The position numbers and the translations under genes were made by a program. From contig CBDBOV010000005.1 in assembly GCA_965208575.1 (NCBI GenBank), positions 992,001 through 1,056,000 on the forward strand: DNA of 64,000 nucleotides, written 5' to 3'. Of the stretch, positions 1 to 10,039 are shown in pieces. The notes under the pieces are model-generated. The model made no database searches and had not been told where the DNA came from. It worked only from the letters and a program-made list of their open reading frames with translations. This DNA comes from Spirochaetia bacterium. Lineage in GTDB: Bacteria > Spirochaetota > Spirochaetia > SZUA-6 > Bin103. The stretch's first letter is position 1. Each line of letters opens with the position of its first letter.

Positions 1-36
1 GAGCAGCAGTCCGGGGGCAGCACATTCAAGGGGTAC

Positions 37-1002
37 GTGGTCAGGAGGCTGGCGCTGTCGCTGCTCACCATCCTGGTGGCCAGCTTCCTGGTGTTCATGC
101 TGCAGCGCTTGACCCCGGGCACCATCGTCGATGCGATGGTGGGTCAGTACATGGGGATGAACCCGGACGAGATCGACATAGCCGCGGCGCGCGCCGAGAT
201 CGAGCGGGCGCTGGGGCTGGAGCGGCCGCTGTTCGAGCAGTACGCGAGCTGGTTGGGCGGCATCGTGCTGCGCGGCGACCTCGGCGCGTCGCTGTGGCGG
301 CGCACGCCGGTGCTGGAGGAGATCGCCGCGCGCTGGCCGGTCACCGTCGAACTGGGCCTGCTCGGATTCATTTTCAGCCAGATCATTGCGCTGCCGATAG
401 GCATCTACTCGGCGGTGCGCCAGGACTCGCTCGGCGACTACGCCGGGCGCAGCTTCGCCATCTTCTGGGTCGCGGTGCCGGGCTTCTGGATCGCTACGAT
501 GGTGATCGTCTACCCGTCGATCTGGTGGGGCTACGCGCCGCCGTTCCGGTACGTCGGGTTGTTCGAGGATCCGGTCGAGAACCTGAAGATCCTGGTCATT
601 CCGGCGCTGGTGCTGGGCATGGGAATGGCGGGCGGGACGATGCGCATCGCCCGCACCATGATGCTGGAGGTGCTGCGCCAGGACTACATCCGCACCTCCT
701 GGGCGAAGGGGCTCCGCGAGCGGGTCATCCTGGTCCGCCACGCGCTCAAGAACGCGATGATCCCGGTGGTGACCTCGATCGGCCCGCAGCTCCTGCTGAT
801 GGTGGGCGGCTCGGTGATCGTGGAGCAGATATTCAACTTGCCGGGCATGGGGCGGCTGACGCTGCAGGCGATCCAGGCGCGCGACTACCCGGTGGTGAGC
901 GGGGTGCTGCTGATCTTCTCGGTGGCGATCGTGCTGATCAACCTGCTGATCGACCTGAGCTACGGCTACCTGGACCCCCGCATCCGGCACGAACGGAAGT
1001 GA
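37..1002 (+). CDS. Peptide/nickel ABC transporter permease (DppB/OppB-like)
   Basis: EVLRQDYIRTSWAKGL...RHALKNA (EAA loop), VIVEQIF, C-terminal LDPRIR. The frame is open from base 1, so the true start may lie upstream of the window. Confidence 0.92.
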   Translation: MVRRLALSLLTILVASFLVFMLQRLTPGTIVDAMVGQYMGMNPDEIDIAAARAEIERALGLERPLFEQYASWLGGIVLRGDLGASLWRRTPVLEEIAARWPVTVELGLLGFIFSQIIALPIGIYSAVRQDSLGDYAGRSFAIFWVAVPGFWIATMVIVYPSIWWGYAPPFRYVGLFEDPVENLKILVIPALVLGMGMAGGTMRIARTMMLEVLRQDYIRTSWAKGLRERVILVRHALKNAMIPVVTSIGPQLLLMVGGSVIVEQIFNLPGMGRLTLQAIQARDYPVVSGVLLIFSVAIVLINLLIDLSYGYLDPRIRHERK

Positions 1003-1154
1003 CGGCGGTGGCGACGGACGGGCAGTGCTCCCGGCTGACCGGGTTCCTGGTGAGCCTGCACGGTCACTCCGTGACAGGGAAGACGACGAAAACCGATTCT
1101 CAAGCATCGTCCGCCGGAAAGCCTTTTCGGACCAGGATCAGGGGCCGGCGGTGA
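999..1154 (+). other. 51-aa relic ORF: a vestigial DppC N-terminus fused to a repeat element, overlapping both neighbours via GTGA
   Basis: GTG 999 overlaps the dppB stop. The first 18 codons (VTAVATDGQCSRLTGFLV) resemble the start of the downstream permease (VTGDKRRSRLTGFLL). Its TGA overlaps GTG 1151. Confidence 0.45.
1052..1139 (+). repeat. Dispersed element of about 85 bp, copy A (longest copy)
   Basis: GAGCCTGCACGGTCACTCCGTGACAGGGAAGACGACGAA...CGTCCGCCGGAAAGCCTTTTCGGACCAGG. Similar sequence at 4934, 44448 (-) and 63635 (-). Confidence 0.6.
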
Positions 1155-2065
1155 CCGGGGACAAGAGGCGCTCAAGGCTGACCGGCTTCCTGCTGCGGCT
1201 GGTCAAGGAGAAGCCGCTCGGCGCGGTGGGGCTGCTGATCACCCTGCTGCTGCTGTTCGCCGGCATCTTCGCCGACTTCCTGGCGCCCTACGGGGTGAAC
1301 GACATGCATGACGACCGGCTGGCGCCGCCGTCGGCGCGCTACCTGCTGGGCACCGACAACCTGGGCCGCGACCTGCTGAGCCGGGTGATCTTCGGCGCCC
1401 GCGTGTCGATGGTGGTCGGCCTGGCGAGCAGCACCGTGGCCACCGTGATCTCGGTCGGCATCGGCATGCTGAGCGGCTACGTCGGCGGCAAGTTCGACCT
1501 GATCGTGCAGCGCTTCGTGGACGCGGTGATGTCGCTGCCGCTTATCATCATCGTGGCGGTGATCATGTCGATGGTGGGCCAGGGCGTGCTGCCGCTGATC
1601 ATCGTCATGGGGGTGGGCGGCGGCATCAGCGGCTCGCGCCACTCGCGCGGCTTCACCATCAGCGTGGTCGGCAACGCCTACGTGCAGGCGGCGGCCGCGA
1701 TCGGCGCCCCCACCAGCCGCATCCTGCTGCACCACATCCTGCCCAACATCGCACCGCTGATCATCGTCGGCTTCTCGATGCTGCTGCCGGGGATCATCCT
1801 CACGGAGGCGTCGCTGAGTTTCCTGGGCTACGGCATCCCGCCGCCGGCGCCGAGCTGGGGGGCGATGCTCAGCGGCGCCAACCGCAGCTACATGTTCCTG
1901 GCACCCTGGATGGTACTGTGGCCCGGACTCGCGCTGAGTGTGGTAGTGTACGGCACGCACATGTTCGGCGACGCGCTGCGCGACATCCTGGACCCGCGCC
2001 TGCGCGGCGGGGCGGGGCGCTACGGTGTCCGACAGCGTCGGCGAAGGGTGCGAAAGGGGAAATGA
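1151..2065 (+). CDS. Peptide/nickel ABC transporter permease (DppC/OppC-like)
   Basis: LLGTDNLGRDLLSR, HILPN, EASLSFLGYG...PSWG, GDALRDILDPR. Start placed at GTG 1151 (the ORF is open from 1025). Confidence 0.9.
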   Translation: MTGDKRRSRLTGFLLRLVKEKPLGAVGLLITLLLLFAGIFADFLAPYGVNDMHDDRLAPPSARYLLGTDNLGRDLLSRVIFGARVSMVVGLASSTVATVISVGIGMLSGYVGGKFDLIVQRFVDAVMSLPLIIIVAVIMSMVGQGVLPLIIVMGVGGGISGSRHSRGFTISVVGNAYVQAAAAIGAPTSRILLHHILPNIAPLIIVGFSMLLPGIILTEASLSFLGYGIPPPAPSWGAMLSGANRSYMFLAPWMVLWPGLALSVVVYGTHMFGDALRDILDPRLRGGAGRYGVRQRRRRVRKGK

Positions 2066-2136
2066 CGACAGCAGACCCGTGACTGGTGACAGTCGCGAGT
2101 ACATAACGCAACGCTACCAAACAGGAGGAGAGAGCG

Positions 2137-3858
2137 ATGCAGAACAGATGGATGGCCCTGTTGACCGGGGCCCTGGTATTGGTCGGCGTGTCCGCATGGG
2201 GCTCGCCCGCGGGCGAGGAGGGCGCGGCCGCCGAGGACTCGATGTACGGAGGCACGGCGGCGCTCTATTTCTGGGGTCAGGACGTGCCGAGCGCGGACAC
2301 CAACCTCAACCAGTGGGTCACGCGCATGTACATCAGCCCGGTGATGCAGCGCCTGGTGGAGGCGGACTTCGTCCAATACGGCCCGCGCGGCACCGGCGAG
2401 TTCACCAACTTCACCAGCGACAACATCTCGCCGGCCTACTCGCGCGGCGCGCTGGCGGAGAGCTGGGAAGTGACCGCCGACCGCATGGTGTTCACCATAC
2501 GCGACGGCATCATGTGGGCGGCGGACGGCAAGGAACACGTCATGCAGTCGCGCACCTATACCGCCGAGGACTGCGCGTACGCCCTGAACCGGGTCGCCGA
2601 CCGCGGCAACGCCGGCTGGCGCACCGAGAACGGCGGCTTCATCGACAAGATCCACGCGCAGGGCAACGACTGCATCGTCGAGACCAGCAGCTTCAACCCG
2701 GGCGGCTTCGCCAACATCGCGCAACATTCCGGGTCGGTGCACTATCCGCGCGAGGTGGTGGAGGCCGATCCCGGCAACTGGGACAACCTGGTCGGTACCG
2801 GGCCGTTCCTGCTGCAGGAGGCGGTGGTCGGCTCGCACATTTCGTTCGCGCGCAACCCGCAGTACTGGCGCACCACGACCATCGACGGCGCCGAGTACCA
2901 GTTGCCGTTCATCGACGAGATGATCATGCCCAACCTGCCGGACGAGTCGACCCAGATTGCCTCCCTGCGCACCGGCAAGCTGGACATCATGGGCACCGTG
3001 AGCGTGAAGTTCCGCGAAACCCTCGCCGACACCTCGCCCGACCTGCAGAGCCAGGGCTGGGTGGAGATCTGGCCGGTGGTGGTGGCGCTGAACCACGACA
3101 ACGAGCACCTGTCCAACAAGCAGGTGCGGCGGGCGCTGATGATGGCGGTCGACCAGGAGGCAATCATCGACGCGGTGTGGGGTTACGGCGCGCTGTACAA
3201 CTACCCGGTCGACTGGCGCGACGGTTCGAGCATCCTGGGCGACTTCGACGAGCTGCCGGACCACATCACCGAGCTGTACGCCTACAGCCCGGACAAGGCG
3301 CGGCAGATGATCGTGGACGCCGGCTACCCGGACGGCTTCAAGCTGGAGATCGCGTTTACGCCGGCGGCGACGGCGGGCACCCATGGCGACATCGCGACCA
3401 TGATGGCCGGGTTCTTCGAGGACGTGGGCGTCGAGCTGGAGTTGAAGTCGCATGAGCACACGGCGCTGTCCGCGCTGATGTCGTCGCGCACCGGCTATGA
3501 CCTGTTCGCCACCAACTCGGCGTCCAACAACCCGCTGGGAATCATCGGGTCGCTGGCGTCGACCGACGAGTCCAACCCCTGGAACACGCCCAACTACGAC
3601 AACCCCAAGCTCGCCGAGCTGACCGACAAGGCGCGGATGACCGTGGACGCCGGCGAGCGCGACGCCATCCTCAAGGAGATGGCGCTGCTGGTGATGGACG
3701 AGGTGGCCTACATTCCGATCGGCGCGAGCGGCCGGTTCGTGTACTGGTGGCCGTGGGTCAAGAACTACTACGGCGAGGCGATGAGCGGCGGCACCAGCGT
3801 CGGCCCCTACATGGAGCACCTGTGGCTCGACCAGGCACTGAAGGCGCAGATGCAATAG
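2137..3858 (+). CDS. ABC substrate-binding protein, family 5
   Basis: GGAGG SD, signal peptide, LAESWEV, VGTGPF, RNPQYW, VRRALMMAVD. Confidence 0.92.
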   Translation: MQNRWMALLTGALVLVGVSAWGSPAGEEGAAAEDSMYGGTAALYFWGQDVPSADTNLNQWVTRMYISPVMQRLVEADFVQYGPRGTGEFTNFTSDNISPAYSRGALAESWEVTADRMVFTIRDGIMWAADGKEHVMQSRTYTAEDCAYALNRVADRGNAGWRTENGGFIDKIHAQGNDCIVETSSFNPGGFANIAQHSGSVHYPREVVEADPGNWDNLVGTGPFLLQEAVVGSHISFARNPQYWRTTTIDGAEYQLPFIDEMIMPNLPDESTQIASLRTGKLDIMGTVSVKFRETLADTSPDLQSQGWVEIWPVVVALNHDNEHLSNKQVRRALMMAVDQEAIIDAVWGYGALYNYPVDWRDGSSILGDFDELPDHITELYAYSPDKARQMIVDAGYPDGFKLEIAFTPAATAGTHGDIATMMAGFFEDVGVELELKSHEHTALSALMSSRTGYDLFATNSASNNPLGIIGSLASTDESNPWNTPNYDNPKLAELTDKARMTVDAGERDAILKEMALLVMDEVAYIPIGASGRFVYWWPWVKNYYGEAMSGGTSVGPYMEHLWLDQALKAQMQ

Positions 3859-3886
3859 GAGTGGCGAGCACGGAACAAGAGCCCGC

Positions 3887-4906
3887 ATGAGCCGGGTGCT
3901 GTTGATCGGCGGGCCGGGGAACATCTCCGGCGGCTGCGCCGAGGAACTGATCGCCGGCGGGCATCCGCTGGCGATCCTCAAGCGCGGCGAGAACGCCGAT
4001 CCGCGGTTCGCCGGGGCGGTGCGGTTCTACCGTGGCGACCGCGGCCGCCCGTCCGACCTGAAGGCGGCGCTAGACGACTTCAGGCCGGACGCGGTGGTCG
4101 ACTTCGTGTGCTTCGAACCGGAGCGGGTGGAGGAACTGGCGCCGCTGCTGCCGGAGGCGGCGCACTACGTGCTGGTGAGCACGGTGGACACCTACGGCTA
4201 CCCGCTGTCGCGCATCCCCATGCGGGAGACGGATCCGCGCGCGCCGACCCGCAACCCGTACGGCGCGGCCAAGCGCGCCTGCGAGGAGCGGGTGGCGCGG
4301 CTGCTCACCGGCGCGGGGCGCCCGGCCACGGTCGTGCGTCCCACCTACTCGTTCGGGACGGCGAGCGGCATGATGTCGCTGTTCGCCTGGGGCGGCATGA
4401 AGGAGCAGGTGCCGCGCATGCGGGCCGGCATGCCGGTGCTGGTGCCGGGCGACGGCAACACCATCCTGCACGCGAGTTGCGCGTACGACACGGGGCGGAT
4501 GATCGCGCGCGCGGTGCAGGGGCGGGACGCCGCGGCCGGCCGGAGCTACACCTGCGGGCACGACGGCGCCCTGACCTTCGACGGGTACCTGGAGTTGGTC
4601 GCCGGTGTGCTGGGCGTCGAGCCGGAGCTGGTGCACGTGCCGGTGGAGGTGCTGCTGGCAACCGACAGCGACGAGGTCAGGGGAAGCTTCGTGCCGTCAC
4701 TGACGCGCTACAACATGTGCTTCTCGGTGGAGGCGTTCAAGCGCGACTTCCCCGACTTCGCGTGGCGCATGAGCCTGGAGGAGGGCGTACGGCAGTACGT
4801 GGACTGGTACGACCGCCACGGCCTGTTTGCTGACCCCGGCGAGGAGATCTACGAAGACCGGGTGATCCGGGCGTGGCAGAAATGCCTCACTCATTTCCGC
4901 CTGTGA
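3887..4906 (+). CDS. NAD-dependent epimerase/dehydratase family protein
   Basis: N-terminal GGxGxIS Rossmann motif and YxxxK (YGAAK). Confidence 0.85.
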   Translation: MSRVLLIGGPGNISGGCAEELIAGGHPLAILKRGENADPRFAGAVRFYRGDRGRPSDLKAALDDFRPDAVVDFVCFEPERVEELAPLLPEAAHYVLVSTVDTYGYPLSRIPMRETDPRAPTRNPYGAAKRACEERVARLLTGAGRPATVVRPTYSFGTASGMMSLFAWGGMKEQVPRMRAGMPVLVPGDGNTILHASCAYDTGRMIARAVQGRDAAAGRSYTCGHDGALTFDGYLELVAGVLGVEPELVHVPVEVLLATDSDEVRGSFVPSLTRYNMCFSVEAFKRDFPDFAWRMSLEEGVRQYVDWYDRHGLFADPGEEIYEDRVIRAWQKCLTHFRL

Positions 4907-4933
4907 TGCAGTACGGAAACACGAAACCGCTCG

Positions 4934-4984
4934 GATGAAACCGATGCCCACGTGTCGCCCGCCGGCCGGCTTTTCGGACAGGTA
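4934..4984 (+). repeat. Dispersed element copy B (right half)
   Basis: GATGAAACCGATG...TCGCCCGCCGGCCGGCTTTTCGGACAGG aligns with the right half of copy A. Confidence 0.5.
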
Positions 4985-5001
4985 CTGATACACTTCCGCA
5001 C

Positions 5002-6927
5002 ATGAAGGGTTCCGCGTACCACTATCCGAGCCCCCATGCGAAGATGACCGCGCCGGCCCTCGGCCGGAGCCGCTGGACCGGCGGCTTCTGGGCCGACCGC
5101 TTCGAACTCTGCCACGGCACGATTCTGCCGAGCATGCGCCGCGCATTGGAGGATCCCTCCAACAAGGGGCGGCTGGCCTACTTCCGCATCGCCGCGGGGC
5201 TGGAGGAGGGCGCCCACGAGGGCACCGACTGGAGCGACGGCGACTGCTACAAGTGGCTGGAGGCGATGGCGCACGTGTACGGCGCGACCGGCGATGCGGA
5301 CCTGGACCGGCAGATGGACGAGGTGATCGGCTGGGTCGCCGCCGCGCAGGAGGCGGACGGCTACCTCAACACCCAGATCACGCTCAATCCGGCCAAGGAG
5401 CGCTGGCAGAACGTGCACCACCACGAGCTGTACAACGCCGGGCACTGCTTCACCGCCGCCGCCGTGCATCATGAGGCGACCGGCAAGCGCAACTTGCTGG
5501 AGGTGGCGGTCAGACTGGCCAACTACCTGTGCGCGGTGTTTCTGCCGACGCCGCCCGCGCTGGCCAACTTCGGGTTCAACCCGTCGCAGATTGTCGGCCT
5601 GGTGGACCTGTACCGGGTGACCGGCGAGCGCCGCTACCTGGAGTTGGCCGGCGTGTTCGTGAGCAACCGCGGGTCGGAGCCCGACCCCGGTTTCAACGGC
5701 GACCTGAACCAGGATCGGGTGCCGCTGCGGGAGGAGACCGTGGCGGTCGGGCACGCGGTGACTGCGACCTACCTGTGGGCCGGCGCGGCGGACGTGTACG
5801 CCGAAACCGGCGAAACGGCCGTGCTGGAGGCGCTGAAACGGATCTGGAACGACGTGGTAGCTACCAAGCTCTACCTGACCGGGGCGGTCGGCGCGGACCA
5901 CTTCAGCGCCTCCATCCGGAACGACCCGGTGCACGAGGCGTTCGGCCTGCCGCACGACCTGCCCAACGCCACCGCCTACACCGAGACCTGCGCCAACATC
6001 GGCCAGGGCATGTGGGCGTGGCGGATGGCGGTGCTCACCGGCGACGCCCGCTACGGCGACGTGCTGGAGCAGGTACTGTACAACAGTGGGCTGTCCGGCA
6101 TGAGCTCCGACGGCACCCGCTTCTGCTACACCAACCCGCTGCGCTGGTACGGCACCGGGCACCGCGGCATGAGCAACGACACCCCGGAGCGCTGGTTCAC
6201 CCACACCTGCTACTGCTGCCCGCCGCAGGTCGCCCGCACCATCGCCCGCCTGCACCGTTGGGCGTACGGCCTGGCGGACGACGCCGTGTGGGTTCACCTT
6301 TACGGCGGCAGCCGCCTGCAAGCGCAGGTCGCCGGCGGCACCCTGGTGCTGGAGCAGGAGACCGGCTACCCTTGGGACGGCGCCATCGCCATCACGGTGG
6401 AGGAGGCGCCGGCCAAGCCGTTCACGCTGCACCTGCGCGTACCGGGCTGGGCACGCGGCGCCGAACTGACGGTTGCCGGCGAGCAGGTGGCCGCCGAACC
6501 GGGCACCTACGCCGCCGTCCACCGGCAGTGGAAGGCTGGCGACGATGTGATTCTGACCCTGCCGCTGCGCGCCGAGCTGGTCACCGCCCACCCGCGCCTG
6601 GAGCAGAACCGCAACCAGGCCGCCGTGGTGCGCGGCCCGGTGGTCTACTGCCTGGAAGCGGTCGACCTGAGCGACGACACGCCGCTCGACGCGATCCACC
6701 TGCCGCGCGACTTCGCCCCGGCGGCACGCCACGACGCCGGCCTCCTGGGCGGCGTAACCGTGCTGGAGGGGACGGCCACCCGTGCCGGGAGCCGCCCCTG
6801 GGACGGCGAGCTCTACCGCCGCGGCGCCGCTGGCGACCGCGAGCCGGCGCCGATCCGGATGATCCCCTATTTCGCCTGGCACAACCGCGGCAACCACCCC
6901 ATGACCGTCTGGTTACCACTCGCGTAG
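5002..6927 (+). CDS. Glycoside hydrolase family 127 (beta-L-arabinofuranosidase-like, DUF1680)
   Basis: DxDxYKWLEA, HELYNAGH, GHAV, HEAF, YTETCA and CYCCPP Zn/Cys catalytic motifs, RGPVVYC, IPYFAWHNRG. Confidence 0.93.
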   Translation: MKGSAYHYPSPHAKMTAPALGRSRWTGGFWADRFELCHGTILPSMRRALEDPSNKGRLAYFRIAAGLEEGAHEGTDWSDGDCYKWLEAMAHVYGATGDADLDRQMDEVIGWVAAAQEADGYLNTQITLNPAKERWQNVHHHELYNAGHCFTAAAVHHEATGKRNLLEVAVRLANYLCAVFLPTPPALANFGFNPSQIVGLVDLYRVTGERRYLELAGVFVSNRGSEPDPGFNGDLNQDRVPLREETVAVGHAVTATYLWAGAADVYAETGETAVLEALKRIWNDVVATKLYLTGAVGADHFSASIRNDPVHEAFGLPHDLPNATAYTETCANIGQGMWAWRMAVLTGDARYGDVLEQVLYNSGLSGMSSDGTRFCYTNPLRWYGTGHRGMSNDTPERWFTHTCYCCPPQVARTIARLHRWAYGLADDAVWVHLYGGSRLQAQVAGGTLVLEQETGYPWDGAIAITVEEAPAKPFTLHLRVPGWARGAELTVAGEQVAAEPGTYAAVHRQWKAGDDVILTLPLRAELVTAHPRLEQNRNQAAVVRGPVVYCLEAVDLSDDTPLDAIHLPRDFAPAARHDAGLLGGVTVLEGTATRAGSRPWDGELYRRGAAGDREPAPIRMIPYFAWHNRGNHPMTVWLPLA

Positions 6928-6941
6928 TGTTTTGCGGCCGT

Positions 6942-9767
6942 TCAGTCGGCCAGCAGTTGGGTGTAGAGGCGGAGCGGCAGGTTGGCCGACAGGAAGAAGC
7001 GCCACGTTGACGGGTCGCCGGCGGTGCGCAGCGGAACGTCGAGCCCGCCGGCGACCGCCATGGGCAGGTCGATCAGCGACGTAATGCCCGCGCTCAGCTC
7101 GAGCCCCGCATGCGGACTCCATTCCCGTCCGTCGCCGAGCGCCGGGAACGCGGTGAAGCGGTTCTCGGCTTCGAAGTAGAGCGCCGCCGTGAGGCTGCGG
7201 AACACCACCAGGTCCAGGAGCCGGTCCTCGCGCCCACCGACCAGTGGCACCAGCAGATCCACACCGCCAAGGGCGCGCCCGGTCGCCGGCTGACCGCCGG
7301 TCTCGCTTCGGTCGCCGGCGCGCAACCGGCTGTCCACGCCTGCCGGTGGCGCGCTGCCGATGCCGAACAGGCGCCAGTCGGCGCCCAGGTCGACGCTCGG
7401 CACCAGGTACACGCGCGGCACGATGCGCAGCGGCACCGCCGCCGCCAGACTCGATTGCAGCGACCAGGCGCCGTCGCGCGGCAGCACCGTGAACCGCTGC
7501 CGCAGCGATGCCCAGTGGGGAACGGCGCCGGGCAGCCGCACCGAATCCAGCCCGATCCACGGCTCCAGCGCCGGGCGTTGATCCACGTCCAGCCCGGCCG
7601 CCAGCGACAGGCCGCGGTCGTAGTAGGTCGGCCGGGTACCCAGCTCCAGCGGCGTGCGCAGCGGCCGCCGTAGTGCGAATGAGCCGCTCCAGTCTTCCGC
7701 GCCGTACCAGGTGAACAGGACCCCGGCGTGCGCGCCGCGCGGCAGCGACAACTCCGCCGCGGCATAGGCCCCCGGCACGACCACGGGAGGGGTCGCGAGC
7801 CACTCGGCGGGCGCGCCCGGCTCGACCCGGGCGGCAGCCCCGGCGCTCAGTTCGTACGACACCATCCCGGTAGACCGGTAGCCGACGCCGCCCCCCAGGC
7901 GCAGCGTCTCCGGCGACAGCTCGAACAGGCGCAGGTCGATGGCGACCAGGTCGGCCTCGTGGCGGCTGTGCGGCCGGAACACCCAATTGACCTTGCGCGG
8001 GTGGTGGTTGTTCTTGCGGTCGACATCGAGCGTGTACCACGCCGGGTCGATCTCCACGCTGCGCACGCGGCCGGCCACTTCCAGAACTTCCGCGCCGCGC
8101 ACGGTGAAGTCGAGGGTCCGCTCGCCTTCGCCGTTTTCCTCGACGACGACCCTCACCAAGGTGGTCAGGCCGCTGTCGCGGTAGTCGCGGATCATGATCC
8201 GGGCCACGTTCCCGTCGTGGGCCACCCCGGCCACCGCGTAGTCGGGATAGCGGCCGGTGGTCAGCACCTGCTCGCCGGCGCTGCGCATGCCGGGCCGGCG
8301 CTCCTCGAGGTGGGCGAGGAACTGCCCGGTGTCCGTGAACCGGTGCCGGTAGCGGCGGGCATACTCGCGCAAGGCTGCGTCGAAGGCGCCCTTGCCCATC
8401 TCGGTGGCGAGCTGGCGCACGGCGAGGGCGCCCTTGTCGTAGATCACCGCCGTCAGCCCGTTCTGGTTCTGGTCGTCCACGTCGCTTGCCACCGGGAAGT
8501 CGTAGCCCGCCTTGCGCAGCGCGTGGAACCGGGCCACCAGCCGCTCGCGAAAGCTGCCGTAGGCCAGCAGACGGCGGGCGAGGGCACCGGCCGGGCCGGC
8601 GTCGGCGGGGAACAGGTTGTCGTCCGCGCCGTACTTCCGCTCCAGGTAGTCCAGCGTCACGTACTGGGTAAGCGACTCGCTGAGCCAGTTGTCGCTGATG
8701 AAGTCCACGGCCGTGCCGATGCCGAAGTAGAAGTGCCCGATCTCGTGCGCCACCAGGAACTCCAGCACGCGGTTCCAGAGCTCCGGCGACGGCACGTCGG
8801 CGTTGAACGCGCCGCTACCCAGCATCACGAAGGCGTCCGCGGCCATGCCCCACGCGCCTGGCCGCACCCCCTCCACGATGGTGATGCGGCGATAGTCCAG
8901 CGGCCCGAGCGTGCCGGCGTAGTGGTCCAGCGCCTCGGCGGCGTAGCGGGCGAGCTTGCGCGCCTGGCGCTCGCGGCCGGGACGGTGGAGCAGGCGCACC
9001 ACCGCGTGCGCGGATGCGTCTTCGACGAGCCGGAAGCGGTCCTCGCGGAAGATGGTCAGCGGAATGGTGACCGACGGCGCCTGCCGTTCGATCACGTACG
9101 CGGAGCCGTTCAACGCGGGCACGGCGCGCTCGTCGTGCGAAATCACCCGGTAACCCGGCGGGACGACGATGCGCACCCGGTACCCAGCGATCGGCGGCAG
9201 CGTGAACCGGTCCGGGCGGGGGTAGAGGCGCGGATACCAGGCGAAGCGCTGCACGAACACGCCGTCGCGACTGGTGAGGTCTCCCGCGCGCAGGGCAGGC
9301 AGGCGAGTCCGGAACGCGACGGTGAGCCGGTAGCGGTCGCGCGGCGGCAGCCGCAGCCGCACCGCCAGGCCGGGAATGGGATAGGTGAACATGCGGCCGT
9401 GCGCAGGCGGCGTGAACTCCTCGAACGGCACCACGGCGCCGAGAGAGTCGACGATGCTCGTGATCCGCGTGTAGCCCGCCTCGAACCCGGACTGGTAGCG
9501 AAGATCCTCGAGCAACGGGTTCACATGCGGGTTGGGGACGGCGCCGGCGTTGTTGAGCAGGAGCAGCACCGCCTCGTCGCCGAATTCGGAGCGGCTGAAG
9601 GAGATCACCTGCGTACCGGCGACGACCGCCGTGGCCGGGTCGTAGGTCAGGTCGAACTCGTAGCTGACAGCCGCGATCGGCCCCGGCTGCAGCACTGCAG
9701 CCAGCGCGGCGAGGACGGCGGCGAAGTAGCTCAGCCGATTCCGCCTCGGCGTGTTGCGTCCCGTCAT
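6942..9767 (-). CDS. Secreted M1-family (gluzincin) metallopeptidase with a long beta-rich C-terminal extension
   Basis: HEIGH-X18-E zinc motif, YDKG tyrosine, signal peptide after ATG 9767 (the ORF is open to 9887). Confidence 0.85.
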   Translation of the reverse strand: MTGRNTPRRNRLSYFAAVLAALAAVLQPGPIAAVSYEFDLTYDPATAVVAGTQVISFSRSEFGDEAVLLLLNNAGAVPNPHVNPLLEDLRYQSGFEAGYTRITSIVDSLGAVVPFEEFTPPAHGRMFTYPIPGLAVRLRLPPRDRYRLTVAFRTRLPALRAGDLTSRDGVFVQRFAWYPRLYPRPDRFTLPPIAGYRVRIVVPPGYRVISHDERAVPALNGSAYVIERQAPSVTIPLTIFREDRFRLVEDASAHAVVRLLHRPGRERQARKLARYAAEALDHYAGTLGPLDYRRITIVEGVRPGAWGMAADAFVMLGSGAFNADVPSPELWNRVLEFLVAHEIGHFYFGIGTAVDFISDNWLSESLTQYVTLDYLERKYGADDNLFPADAGPAGALARRLLAYGSFRERLVARFHALRKAGYDFPVASDVDDQNQNGLTAVIYDKGALAVRQLATEMGKGAFDAALREYARRYRHRFTDTGQFLAHLEERRPGMRSAGEQVLTTGRYPDYAVAGVAHDGNVARIMIRDYRDSGLTTLVRVVVEENGEGERTLDFTVRGAEVLEVAGRVRSVEIDPAWYTLDVDRKNNHHPRKVNWVFRPHSRHEADLVAIDLRLFELSPETLRLGGGVGYRSTGMVSYELSAGAAARVEPGAPAEWLATPPVVVPGAYAAAELSLPRGAHAGVLFTWYGAEDWSGSFALRRPLRTPLELGTRPTYYDRGLSLAAGLDVDQRPALEPWIGLDSVRLPGAVPHWASLRQRFTVLPRDGAWSLQSSLAAAVPLRIVPRVYLVPSVDLGADWRLFGIGSAPPAGVDSRLRAGDRSETGGQPATGRALGGVDLLVPLVGGREDRLLDLVVFRSLTAALYFEAENRFTAFPALGDGREWSPHAGLELSAGITSLIDLPMAVAGGLDVPLRTAGDPSTWRFFLSANLPLRLYTQLLAD

Positions 9768-9950
9768 GGCTGAGACCGGCGATGGCAGGCGAGCTCGCCG
9801 CGAGGGTTCATGAACGACTCCTGATCCGTGTGGATCGTGTGTGGCGCGCCGGGTGCGTGTTTCGAGTATCGACATCGTGGCGATCACGTCCCGAGTGCGG
9901 CGTTCGAGACCTCAACGGCGAACGGGCGCGAGCGTGCCGGTACCTGCGCG

Positions 9951-9980
9951 CACGCCCGCCGACTGAAGTGGGCGGACGTG
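9951..9980. repeat. REP-like imperfect hairpin
   Basis: CACGCCCGCC-GACTGAAGTG-GGCGGACGTG, intergenic, single copy in this window. Confidence 0.3.
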
Positions 9981-10039
9981 AAAGCGACAGCCGACTTGCT
10001 GCGGCCCGCCGGTGCGGGGCATCCGAAGTGTGCCAAGCG

